Sequence record: OR842557 | Reading direction: 5' to 3' (one strand) | DNA length: 64,000 nt | DNA from: Escherichia phage 04086 | Shown here: positions 9,421 to 17,764 of the stretch, in pieces | How positions within the stretch are numbered: the first letter of the stretch is position 1 | How the letters are laid out: the number at the start of each line of letters is the position of its first letter | Made by a program: the position numbers and the translations under genes | Notes under the pieces: model-generated | Told to the model about the DNA's origin: nothing | The model's input: the letters and a program-made list of their open reading frames with translations, nothing else | Databases searched by the model: none

Positions 9421-9897
9421 ATGAAGGTTAAGATTAAGGATACCGTATTGTATTCCTTAAGCCAAGACCCATCCCAAGATAAGAAAGAAGTATTGACTCG
9501 GTGTGTTATTGCAACATACGCTGAGTACATGGTGGCTGATTGGTTGAAAGGATACGTTAACAGTGGTCTAGAAGACCATGACGACCCTTATACCTATGCA
9601 TGGGATGTTTTAGCTCATCCTATGTACTGTGGACTACGTGTAGAGGTCAAGACCCATCAATCAGATTCTAAGTGGATTTCCTGCACTACAGGATACTCTG
9701 GTGACTTCCCTTATGGAACAGGGATTAACCTAGGACCGCTCTTGAATCATAAAGTTGCAGACTGTATAATCATATTCGACACTTCAGTAAATGAGGCAGG
9801 CGACGTCCTGTTCACTCCTAAGTTCTCTGGTGACAGAGAATCCATCACAAAGCTAGTCCGTAAGAGCAATTACAACGGCTGGTATCTCGCATTATAA
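9421..9897 (+). CDS. Hypothetical protein (158 aa); position corresponds to the T4 denB/ndd.x region
   Basis: AGGTGAA ribosome binding site before ATG at 9421; identity to denB not established. Confidence 0.5.
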   Translation: MKVKIKDTVLYSLSQDPSQDKKEVLTRCVIATYAEYMVADWLKGYVNSGLEDHDDPYTYAWDVLAHPMYCGLRVEVKTHQSDSKWISCTTGYSGDFPYGTGINLGPLLNHKVADCIIIFDTSVNEAGDVLFTPKFSGDRESITKLVRKSNYNGWYLAL

Positions 9898-9910
9898 TTT
9901 TAATAAAGTA

Positions 9911-9965
9911 GTTTACATACGCCATGGATGGTGTTACTATCTTCCTATCAACTAATGAGGAGAAC
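9911..9965 (+). promoter_or_regulatory. Early promoter cassette
   Basis: GTTTAC 9911-9916, TGTTACTAT -10 region, AATGAGGAGAACAAAATG leader. Confidence 0.5.
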
Positions 9966-9968
9966 AAA

Positions 9969-10235
9969 ATGGATATCAAATTATATTACGCTAAACACAA
10001 AGTTACAGGTACGGTTGTTGCTGCTATGTATGACGCGTCAGGTGATGGTGACGATATTACTACAGAGTTATCTCTTTCTGAATGTAAATTTCTCCGTCCT
10101 TTAATCGCATCAAAGGAAGATTTACAAAAACTTATCGACGGTAAACTGGATAATGTCGACGGCATAGTTATTCTTTATGACCTCCGCACTGCATTGTACA
10201 GGGGATTGATTGAGATAAAAGAGGTAGTGTTTTGA
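9969..10235 (+). CDS. Hypothetical protein (88 aa)
   Basis: ORF downstream of promoter cassette. Confidence 0.5.
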   Translation: MDIKLYYAKHKVTGTVVAAMYDASGDGDDITTELSLSECKFLRPLIASKEDLQKLIDGKLDNVDGIVILYDLRTALYRGLIEIKEVVF

Positions 10236-10243
10236 GTAGCAAA

Positions 10244-10321
10244 ATGTGGTGTCTTATTTGGATGGCCTGTATCCCAGTGATTTGTGTATGTTTTAGTTTA
10301 TTGTTGTGGAAATTGGCATAA
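10244..10321 (+). CDS. Possible small hydrophobic peptide (25 aa)
   Basis: MWCLIWMACIPVICVCFSLLLWKLA; below ORF-track threshold; speculative. Confidence 0.25.
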   Translation: MWCLIWMACIPVICVCFSLLLWKLA

Positions 10322-10324
10322 AAC

Positions 10325-10375
10325 AGTATACATCTCCATTAATCATGATATTATAGACATATCAACTAATGGAGA
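10325..10375 (+). promoter_or_regulatory. Early promoter inside stem-loop cassette
   Basis: GTATAC 10325-10330, TATTAT 10349-10354; inverted repeat TCTCCATTA / TAATGGAGA. Confidence 0.5.
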
Positions 10376-10380
10376 TGATT

Positions 10381-10491
10381 ATGAAAAACTTACTTAAAGC
10401 AATTTGGAACATGTTTGTGTTATTTTTGGTATTGAGCATTTTCCCAATCGTTTTTATGATTGACCATGTACGTGTATTCTTTAACTTCTGA
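10381..10491 (+). CDS. Possible small membrane peptide (36 aa)
   Basis: MKNLLKAIWNMFVLFLVLSIFPIVFMIDHVRVFFNF; GGAG ribosome binding site. Confidence 0.35.
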   Translation: MKNLLKAIWNMFVLFLVLSIFPIVFMIDHVRVFFNF

Positions 10492-10501
10492 GGAAAATAT
10501 T

Positions 10502-10714
10502 ATGAAACTTTTTAAAGATGTTGCAGTTGGTGAGAGCTTTGTATTACATAATGGTCAACAACTGATTCGCATTTCTCCTTTGCAAGTTGGGACCGAATTA
10601 CAACCTGTTAACGCTACAGACCTTTATGATTCAACTAAGCGGTTTTGTGTAGGCCCTAGTGTACAGTGCCTTACCGTTGATGAACTGATGGCTATTTCTG
10701 TTGACGCTGAATAA
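10502..10714 (+). CDS. Hypothetical protein (70 aa)
   Basis: GAGGAAAATATTATG ribosome binding site. Confidence 0.5.
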   Translation: MKLFKDVAVGESFVLHNGQQLIRISPLQVGTELQPVNATDLYDSTKRFCVGPSVQCLTVDELMAISVDAE

Positions 10715-10724
10715 GGAAATTATC

Positions 10725-11069
10725 ATGTCTAAAATCTTTTTTGGTAATGCTAAGGTAATGTTCTTTAAACAACTCAGCCTTCAGGATGCATCGGTAGCAT
10801 TCAATCAAAGTATGATTCCCGGCGTAGATTCAAAAATTATGACGAGTGCCGATTTCGTTTTCGTTCAAGACCCAGAAACAGGCTTTTATCGGTTCATTAA
10901 ATTTCGTATAAGTATGGACCCGTATTATCATAGTGGTTATTATGTAAGCTATGAAAATGTTATCAAAGAACTATGTGATACTTACGGACAGGCTTTGAAC
11001 CCGCTGAACAAGATTTATAATGCAACCTTTTATACGAGCGGATTTATTTTAGAACAGCTACAAAAATAG
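10725..11069 (+). CDS. Hypothetical protein (114 aa)
   Basis: AAGGAAATTATCATG ribosome binding site. Confidence 0.5.
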   Translation: MSKIFFGNAKVMFFKQLSLQDASVAFNQSMIPGVDSKIMTSADFVFVQDPETGFYRFIKFRISMDPYYHSGYYVSYENVIKELCDTYGQALNPLNKIYNATFYTSGFILEQLQK

Positions 11070-11106
11070 TTTACAACCTCGAGAATCATGTTATAATGGT
11101 TCTCGT
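11069..11106 (+). promoter_or_regulatory. Early promoter with stem-loop
   Basis: GTTTAC 11069-11074, 17 bp, TATAAT 11092-11097; inverted repeat CGAGAATCAT / ATGGTTCTCG. Confidence 0.6.
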
Positions 11107-11146
11107 TGACTGGATAACAAAACATTAATCTACTGAGGAAATTGAT

Positions 11147-11596
11147 ATGAATACTTATATGACTCGCCGTAACGTTCTGTCTGCTGGTGCTACTACTGTT
11201 GCTTATGTTAAGAATGGTGAATACCAAAATGGTAAACCTTCTAAAGAAATCTCTGCTCAGCCAGGCTTTTACTTCTTTGTTAAAGGTGGAGCTGATTCTC
11301 GTGTCGTAGCGGCTCGTTTTTATGTCGGTAATCAACGTTCGGCTCAAGGTCTTGATGGTATCGTGGCTAATATTCGTAAGAAACGTTCTCAATCAGCTCG
11401 CACTATGGCAGTGAATGGTGTTGTGTATGAAGTTCTTTATGTGCCGGCTTCTAAGATGAAACCTCTGACTACTGGTTTTGGTAAGGGTCAAATTGCAATG
11501 GCTTTCACTCGCAATCATAGTTCCGACCTCCAGACACTGGAAGAAATGAACCGCATGTTGGCTGATAACTTTAAATTCATTCTGCAGGCGTACTAA
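11147..11596 (+). CDS. ndd: Nucleoid disruption protein Ndd (149 aa)
   Basis: Strong recalled similarity to T4 Ndd including C-terminal [13 protein letters not shown]...[17 protein letters not shown] motif. Confidence 0.9.
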
Positions 11597-11673
11597 TGAG
11601 CAATTTCCATAACGAACATGTGATGCAATTCTATCGTAACAATCTTAAAACTAAAGGCGTCTTCGGACGCTAA
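11596..11673 (+). CDS. stp: Stp peptide (25 aa), activator of host PrrC anticodon nuclease
   Basis: Translation [25 protein letters not shown] matches the T4 Stp peptide essentially residue for residue; ATG overlaps ndd stop. Confidence 0.9.
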
Positions 11674-11683
11674 TGAGGAAAAT

Positions 11684-11845
11684 ATGGTTATTCTAGTTTT
11701 TATTGAGCTTATTATGGCTATTGTCTGTTCGGTTTGCTTCTTTTTAGGTGTGTGGACCCCTGGTCCGATATTCTTAAGTTTTCTGCTTATTGGCTGGGTT
11801 CTTTCTGCTTTTGTCGGTTTACTTAAGATGATTAAAAATGATTAA
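11684..11845 (+). CDS. ac: Small inner-membrane protein (53 aa), likely Ac (acridine sensitivity) homolog
   Basis: Hydrophobic 53-aa ORF between stp and gene 52, matching T4 gene order. Confidence 0.55.
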   Translation: MVILVFIELIMAIVCSVCFFLGVWTPGPIFLSFLLIGWVLSAFVGLLKMIKND

Positions 11846-11978
11846 TAAAATCCTGGGCTACTCTGTAGCCCTTGCTGCTTTATTAGTAGCACTGTATTAC
11901 GGAGTAATGTTCGGACTTATCCAAGTTGTGCTTTTTATTTCCGATGTTATTATGGCTATTCATTCACTAGTATGGTAA
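11838..11978 (+). CDS. Small hydrophobic protein (46 aa)
   Basis: MINKILGYSVALAALLVALYYGVMFGLIQVVLFISDVIMAIHSLVW; overlaps ac stop. Confidence 0.4.
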   Translation: MINKILGYSVALAALLVALYYGVMFGLIQVVLFISDVIMAIHSLVW

Positions 11979-11982
11979 AATT

Positions 11983-13678
11983 ATGGAATTAACATCTCGT
12001 GGTTTAAAAAGTATTATCGACAACGAAGCATTGGCTTATGCAATGTATACTGTCGAAAACCGAGCCATTCCGAATATGATTGATGGCTTTAAACCTGTAC
12101 AACGTTTTGTAGTGGCTCGTTGTCTTGATATGGCTCGTGGTAATAAAGAAAAATTCCACAAACTCGCTTCTATTGCTGGCGGCGTAGCCGACCTTGGATA
12201 TCACCACGGTGAAGGTTCTGCTCAGGAAGCAGGGGCTTTGATGGCTAACACATGGAATAACAACTATCCATTGTTAGATGGTCAGGGTAACTTTGGTTCC
12301 CGATTGGTTCAAAAAGCTGCGGCCTCTCGTTATATCTTTGCACGTATTGGAAGTAACTTTNGGCTTCTATCGCTGGTGGTGTAGCCGACCTCGGATATCA
12401 CCACGGTGAAGGTTCTGCTCAGGAAGCAGGGGCTTTGATGGCTAACACATGGAATAACAACTATCCATTGTTAGATGGTCAGGGTAACTTTGGTTCCCGA
12501 TTGGTTCAAAAAGCTGCGGCCTCTCGTTATATCTTTGCACGTATTGGAAGTAACTTTGCAAAAGTTTATAAGGACACAGAATATGCTCCGGTTCATGCGG
12601 ATGTCGAACATAAGCCACCGGCTTTTTATCTGCCTATTATTCCTACTGTTCTTCTTAATGGCGTTTCCGGTATTGCAACTGGTTATGCAACTAATATTCT
12701 TCCTCATAGTTTTGATTCTGTTAAGAAAGCTGTATTGCAAGTTCTTCAGGAAAAACGAGTAACAAAACCTAAAGTGGCTTATCCTGAATTCCGTGGTGAA
12801 GTTGTTGAAATTGAACCAGGTAGTTATGAGATTCGTGGAACGTATAAGTTCACATCCCGAACCCAAATGCATATCACGGAAATCCCGTACAAATATGACC
12901 GTGAAACATATGTGGCCAAGATATTAGACCCTCTGGAAGACAAAGGGTATATCACATACGATGACGATTGTGATGAGAATGGTTTCGGCTTCAAGGTTAA
13001 GATTCGTAAAGAATACGAATTGCCTACTGATGAAGATAAGAAACACGAAAAAATCATGAAGGACTTCGGGTTAATCGAACGTCGTTCACAAAACCTGACC
13101 GTCATTAATGAAAAAGGTAAACTTAAGGTTTACGAAGATGCAGTTGAACTGATTCGTGATTTCGTTGAGGTCCGTAAGACCTTTGTACAAAAACGTATTG
13201 ATGGTAAAATCATCGAAACCGAANCATGAAGGACTTCGGGTTAATAGAACGTCGTTCACAAAACCTGACTGTCATTAATGAGAAAGGTAAACTTAAGGTT
13301 TACGAAGATGCAGTTGAACTGATTCGTGATTTCGTTGAGGTCCGTAAGACCTTTGTACAAAAACGTATTGATGGTAAAATCATCGAAACCGAAGAAGCTT
13401 TCAAACTAGCATTGGCTAAAGCCACATTTATCAAAGATGTTATTGATGGTGTAGTGGTTATCCAAGGTAAGACTCGTAAGGTTTTAACCGAAGAATTGGC
13501 CGGTAATAAAGTCTATGGCGAATATGCCGATAAACTAGTGGCCATGAACATTTTCCATATCACTTCTGATGAAGCTAAGAAACTGGCTTTGGAAGCCAAG
13601 GCTAAGAAAGAAGAGCATCAATATTGGAAAACCACTGATGTGGTAACTGAGTATGTTAAAGATTTGGAGGCTCTATGA
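11983..13678 (+). CDS. 52: DNA topoisomerase II medium subunit (GyrA-like); split into three ORFs in the track by two N-junction duplications
   Basis: N-terminal region recalled as similar to T4 gp52; real length about 443 aa after removing duplicated copies. Confidence 0.9.
12165..12557. repeat. N-marked junction (N at 12361) between ~196 bp near-identical copies inside gene 52
   Basis: Second copy starts with 4 synonymous third-position differences then becomes identical. Confidence 0.8.
13055..13393. repeat. N-marked junction (N at 13224) between ~169 bp near-identical copies inside gene 52
   Basis: CATGAAGGACTTCGGGTTAAT...GAAACCGAA repeated; 3 synonymous differences. Confidence 0.8.
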
Positions 13679-13779
13679 GCCTTGGAGTCGAGTTCTTGTT
13701 ACTCTGTATCTTTGCTGTTATCCTAGGCCTGGCGACAGGCTTAGCTATAGGTTTAATAGCAGCTCACTTTAAAAAGTAA
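13675..13779 (+). CDS. Possible small membrane peptide (34 aa)
   Basis: MSLGVEFLLLCIFAVILGLATGLAIGLIAAHFKK; start overlaps gene 52 stop; followed by terminator. Confidence 0.35.
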   Translation: MSLGVEFLLLCIFAVILGLATGLAIGLIAAHFKK

Positions 13780-13802
13780 GGAACCTTCGGGTTCCTTTTT
13801 TG
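13780..13802 (+). terminator. Rho-independent terminator
   Basis: GGAACCTTCGGGTTCC hairpin then TTTTTT. Confidence 0.7.
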
Positions 13803-13820
13803 GGTTTAGTGCAAAAAAGT

Positions 13821-13860
13821 GTTTACTTCTGCTTTAAACATGATACTATAGACCTATCAA
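13821..13860 (+). promoter_or_regulatory. Early promoter cassette
   Basis: GTTTAC 13821-13826, CATGATACTATAGACCTATCAA core shared with several other cassettes. Confidence 0.55.
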
Positions 13861-13887
13861 AACAACAGAGTGAAATGGAGATACAAA

Positions 13888-14109
13888 ATGAAAACCTTAA
13901 ATATTAATTCTTTTTTCTACAACGCTAATACCGATCATGCAATGTTCTTTGATTGTGATTTAGATACTTATATCCATGTATGGGGTGTTAAGTCAGATAA
14001 AGTGGTTGTTAAGAAAAATTTAAAAACCGGTAATGGTCGTGGTCAAGCTAAAATTTCTTCTAAGAAAGTTGTTGAAGCTTATGTTGATTATGTTAAAAGC
14101 GCAATTTAA
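13888..14109 (+). CDS. Hypothetical protein (73 aa)
   Basis: GGAG ribosome binding site; position equals T4 motA.1. Confidence 0.5.
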   Translation: MKTLNINSFFYNANTDHAMFFDCDLDTYIHVWGVKSDKVVVKKNLKTGNGRGQAKISSKKVVEAYVDYVKSAI

Positions 14110-14182
14110 TTAAAAATTATATACAAAGGTCTATGATAATGTTATTATAGACCTATCAAATAAATGGTTATCGGAGATTAAA

Positions 14183-14818
14183 ATGTCTAAAATTACTTAT
14201 ATCATCAAAGCTTCTGAAGACGTCCTGAATGAAAAAACTGCTTCGATCTTAGTACATATCATCAAGCATAACTTCATCACTTCAGGCGAAGTCCGTGAAG
14301 CCCTGAGTGAGCAATTTAGTGCTGCGGTAGTTAACTCTAACATTGGTGTGTTGATTAAGAAAGGATTCATCGAAAAATCTGGTGATGGTTTAGTGGCTAC
14401 GGGTGAAGCAATGGACCTAGTTCAAAAAGCTGCCGACTTGTTCGCTTCTGAAAATGCTCCAGAGATGTTGGAAAAACGTAAAACACGTAGTTCACGTGGT
14501 GTTACTCCTGAAATGGTAACTCTGGCTGATGAAGTTAAAGCTTTATTAGAAGACCGTATCGAGATTCGTGAAATTGCTGAAAACCGTAGCAACCTTGAAG
14601 TTCGATTCGCCAAACGTACCAATGGTATTCGTCAAATTGAAGTCCGTCGTGACGGAATGATGCGTATCTTCGGTTATAATATGACTGATAAAGAAAAACA
14701 AGTGTTTACTTCCTTGAATCTTGATGTTAAGATTAAGACTGGTGGTAAGAATACTTATATCGACTTCCAAAACGTATCATCTGAAGTTATCAAAACCGTA
14801 ACCAACGCAATTATCTGA
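14183..14818 (+). CDS. motA: Middle-mode transcription activator MotA (211 aa)
   Basis: Recalled similarity to T4 MotA (same length); N-terminal MSKITYIIKASEDVLNEKTA. Confidence 0.9.
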   Translation: MSKITYIIKASEDVLNEKTASILVHIIKHNFITSGEVREALSEQFSAAVVNSNIGVLIKKGFIEKSGDGLVATGEAMDLVQKAADLFASENAPEMLEKRKTRSSRGVTPEMVTLADEVKALLEDRIEIREIAENRSNLEVRFAKRTNGIRQIEVRRDGMMRIFGYNMTDKEKQVFTSLNLDVKIKTGGKNTYIDFQNVSSEVIKTVTNAII

Positions 14819-14832
14819 CTGAGGAAATTATT

Positions 14833-15162
14833 ATGAACAAGCTGAATATTGTTAATGAACTTCGTCGTTGTGCAGAACCTACTCAAGAAGGTTGGGACAT
14901 TTGGTACCACGGTGCTTATCTCGGCACTATTGTTAAGATTAAAGCAGGTAAATACTTAATCATCCGTGGTGGTTCTGAAGCTTCTATGGGAATTCGCAAG
15001 AACTTCATGGCCGCAATCAGCACCTTTGTTCCAGCCGCTTATGAAGTCTATAAAGCAGACTACAAAGAATACCAGGAATCACAACCGGTTATTCGTTCAA
15101 TTGGTGTTAATAAAGCTCAACAGAAAAGTCTGTGGAAACGTGTTAAAGGATGGTTCAAATGA
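14833..15162 (+). CDS. Hypothetical protein (109 aa)
   Basis: ORF in motA-asiA interval (T4 arn region). Confidence 0.5.
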   Translation: MNKLNIVNELRRCAEPTQEGWDIWYHGAYLGTIVKIKAGKYLIIRGGSEASMGIRKNFMAAISTFVPAAYEVYKADYKEYQESQPVIRSIGVNKAQQKSLWKRVKGWFK

Positions 15163-15647
15163 ATCCATTAAAAGGTAAAGAATTATCCTTTAAAGACCGT
15201 ATGGCCTTGTTGGATAAAGCTCTTTCTCGTGAGACGCCTGAAAGCTTAGCAGCTAAATTACAGGCCTATGGCGATTACACCGAATATACCGAAGAGGATG
15301 TTTTAGAAGAGGTTCCTGAAATCTGTTGGCAAGTGGCCCATTGGTGTGAAGACCAAAAATTCCAGCGTCGAATTGTGTGTGCTGCAAACCGTTTTAAGTT
15401 AAAAGATGGTGGAACTCTGGTTATTCCTGCGACACGTCATTACTCTAAAGATATGGGTGCGGTTGTCAAGGCAGTTGAAGATAAATTGGTAACACGATTT
15501 GTCTGTGATGATGACCAAGGCTTTGTCGACCAATATGGTAATTATTGGACTCGTGAAGAAGCAATGATAATTGCAACATATGCTAATCAGGTTCGTATTG
15601 AACGTGGTGGTAGTGAAAAAGAACTTTACTCTGAGGACCTTTACTAA
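15150..15647 (+). CDS. Hypothetical protein (165 aa)
   Basis: ORF overlapping neighbours at both ends. Confidence 0.55.
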   Translation: MVQMNPLKGKELSFKDRMALLDKALSRETPESLAAKLQAYGDYTEYTEEDVLEEVPEICWQVAHWCEDQKFQRRIVCAANRFKLKDGGTLVIPATRHYSKDMGAVVKAVEDKLVTRFVCDDDQGFVDQYGNYWTREEAMIIATYANQVRIERGGSEKELYSEDLY

Positions 15648-15928
15648 TGAATCTTAAACAACTTCAAATCGATGCAATCGAAACCCATATTAATCATGTT
15701 AAACGACTGAATGTCATGCTGGAAGACAACTGGGGAACTTATGTCAACCAACCGGCTTGGGATGCCTTAGACCACGAATATATAAAGAATATTAGTTCTA
15801 AGACAATCCATGGGAATATGGAAGGTTTGAAGCCATTCCTACGTGATATGTATATTGCAACTAATAAAGAAATTATCAGCTCTCTTGAATATCAATTAAG
15901 GAAATTACGTGAACAATCTGGTAGCTAA
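15647..15928 (+). CDS. Hypothetical protein (93 aa)
   Basis: ORF; ATGA overlap with upstream gene. Confidence 0.5.
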   Translation: MNLKQLQIDAIETHINHVKRLNVMLEDNWGTYVNQPAWDALDHEYIKNISSKTIHGNMEGLKPFLRDMYIATNKEIISSLEYQLRKLREQSGS

Positions 15929-16161
15929 GCACGATTTCAATAAGGCGTCTGTCCATAAGGATAAGAAGAAAAATCTTAAAGAGTCTAAACGTAAACAGAA
16001 ACATAAGGGTAAAGGCTATGAGTCATAACTTAGAGAATACCGTAACAGGCATGCGTACGCGTGAGCAGGAGTGCTTTGAGGAATTCCTGGGAGCTGATTT
16101 TAAGTTCCAGGAACCAATAGAAGAGATGTATCAGGAATATGTTAAAAAGAACGAAGGACAT

Positions 16162-16190
16162 GTTTACAATCCCTAAGGATATGTTAGTAT
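16162..16190 (+). promoter_or_regulatory. Early promoter
   Basis: GTTTAC 16162-16167, 17 bp, TGTTAGTAT extended -10 upstream of asiA. Confidence 0.5.
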
Positions 16191-16231
16191 AGCCTTATCA
16201 GATAATGACGTACTGAATTGAAGAGAATATT

Positions 16232-16507
16232 ATGACTAAAATTGAAATCGTTTCCGAAATTGCCACTATTGTTTCCATTTTGATTAAAACGGATTGTGAA
16301 GACATCATGCAACGTCGTGATGAGTTTATTGCCTTTTTGAATGAGTTAGGTATTCGTAATGAACATGGAAAGGAACTTAATGGGCTGTCTTATAACAAAT
16401 TATTTAAGTCATTAACTGAAGATGAACGTGAAACTCTTATTGAGCAATTTAATGAAGGGTATGAAGATATACACCGTTATTTAATGATGTATACCTCCAA
16501 TTTCTAA
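16232..16507 (+). CDS. asiA: Anti-sigma-70 factor AsiA (91 aa)
   Basis: Strong recalled similarity to T4 AsiA (ATIVSILIK, FIAFLNELGI, LIEQFNEGYE, RYLMMYT). Confidence 0.95.
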   Translation: MTKIEIVSEIATIVSILIKTDCEDIMQRRDEFIAFLNELGIRNEHGKELNGLSYNKLFKSLTEDERETLIEQFNEGYEDIHRYLMMYTSNF

Positions 16508-17157
16508 CGTGTTCGACCTAATGTCCTTCCGGCTTGACCACACATAGACGAAAGTCTAGGAAATCCCAAATCCGGTTTGATATCATACCAGTACAACGAT
16601 ATCGAGCCGGCGTAGACGTTATCCAAATTAAAAAACGGGCATGAAAACATATACGTGAATTGTGTTTTCTTCTTTGTAGGAAGGAATACAGTTTCGGTAC
16701 TTGATTCAAAATAGTTCCCGTTAACTCCCGCCATATATTCTACTGACGTTTTGTCAATTGGAAACCCTCCCGTATTTTTTGCGTCTACCGTTTCCGGTAA
16801 TTTACCCTCATAAGCCACCATATCCACAAAATAATTCATGTTGGTTGGTCTAAAAGAATATATTGCTGTAAAGTCTGCACCTGAAGAAGAATGCACTATT
16901 CGGAGCTGCTCGATAGCCGCAATTTTAAATCTATTGTCCTGGTCTTGTCTAATCATTTCAGTATAAGAGGCATAAGTAGTCTCTTTATAAAAGTTTAGAA
17001 TATACTCGCCTTTATACCAAACCAGTGCCATAAAGAACAATAATATCACGACTAGGACCCGGGAAAAAACTACTTTCCCGGAAGAAGTATCTTTAAAAAT
17101 TCTATCAAGAAGTCCAAAAAGTAGGTCTGATAATGATATTCCTACTTTTGGTTCCAT
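16504..17157 (-). CDS. t: Holin T (217 aa)
   Basis: Recalled similarity to T4 holin (LFGLLDRIFKD, VVILLFFMALVWY, YSFRPTNMNYFVDMVAYEGKLP, YMFSCPFFNLDNVYAG). Confidence 0.95.
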   Translation of the reverse strand: MEPKVGISLSDLLFGLLDRIFKDTSSGKVVFSRVLVVILLFFMALVWYKGEYILNFYKETTYASYTEMIRQDQDNRFKIAAIEQLRIVHSSSGADFTAIYSFRPTNMNYFVDMVAYEGKLPETVDAKNTGGFPIDKTSVEYMAGVNGNYFESSTETVFLPTKKKTQFTYMFSCPFFNLDNVYAGSISLYWYDIKPDLGFPRLSSMCGQAGRTLGRTR

Positions 17158-17175
17158 ACTTTTCTCCTTTAAAGA

Positions 17176-17183
17176 TATTTATA
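17176..17183 (-). promoter_or_regulatory. Late promoter (TATAAATA) for holin t
   Basis: Reverse complement of 17176-17183 is TATAAATA, about 20 nt upstream of the t start on the - strand. Confidence 0.6.
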
Positions 17184-17194
17184 ATACAGAAGTA

Positions 17195-17737
17195 TTATTT
17201 GAAAAATCTCTTATACCAAGGCTTCCGTTCTTTTTCAGGCCACGCAGGGAATTCACCACCTAAATGCTCATGCTTTTCTAAAAGAGCAAAGAACCGTTTA
17301 AGGTTTTGATGATAGAATTTTTCCTTTTTATCAGCGACTGAAGCTTCAACCATATTACTTAATACCTGGAATTCTTTGTACAATTCTTCAATTTTTCTAT
17401 TACGAATTAAAACACGTTTATAGGTTTCGTCTTCTTTCCAACCATCGTCAGTCCATATGTCAAATTCGCCAGGCTCATCAAAAGCTATACCAACCGGGCT
17501 TCCTATGTCATTTATTAAGATTTCTTCTTTATTAAAAGTCCAGGCACGTTTGCCTCGATGGTCTTCTTCATAAATCCAATCTTGAATGCGTTCGTCAAAT
17601 ACAATCGCATATCCTTCTTTAGGTTCTAAAGGTTTTTTAGCTGTTGAATGGGCAGGAAGGCCAAGACCTTTAACAGGTTTGTAATTTTCTTCTTTGTAAA
17701 ATTCTTTTGTGTCAAAATAAAAATGATAAATTTTCAT
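17195..17737 (-). CDS. 38: Tail-fibre assembly chaperone gp38, T4 type (180 aa)
   Basis: Near-identical to recalled T4 gp38 (MKIYHFYFDTKEFYKEENYKPVKGLGLPAHST...). Confidence 0.95.
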   Translation of the reverse strand: MKIYHFYFDTKEFYKEENYKPVKGLGLPAHSTAKKPLEPKEGYAIVFDERIQDWIYEEDHRGKRAWTFNKEEILINDIGSPVGIAFDEPGEFDIWTDDGWKEDETYKRVLIRNRKIEELYKEFQVLSNMVEASVADKKEKFYHQNLKRFFALLEKHEHLGGEFPAWPEKERKPWYKRFFK

Positions 17738-17740
17738 ATT

Positions 17741-17758
17741 CAGAAGGGGCCGAAGCCC
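17741..17758 (-). other. UUCG-tetraloop hairpin in the 37-38 intergenic spacer
   Basis: - strand reads GGGGCTTCGGCCCC; no T-run follows, so probably an RNA stability or processing element rather than a terminator. Confidence 0.4.
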
Positions 17759-17764
17759 CTCTCC

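Noticed and set aside
12475-12762. 95-aa hydrophobic ORF in an alternative frame inside gene 52
   Set aside because: Overlaps the gp52 frame completely and sits in the artefactually duplicated region.
14120-14182. Promoter upstream of motA as a standard early GTTTAC promoter
   Set aside because: -10-like TATTAT and the ACCTATCAA core are present but the -35 is poor, consistent with motA being transcribed from a different promoter class; not called.
17741-17758. Hairpin between genes 37 and 38 as a transcription terminator
   Set aside because: No T-run follows on the transcribed strand and 37-38 are expected to be co-transcribed; recorded as an RNA hairpin only.
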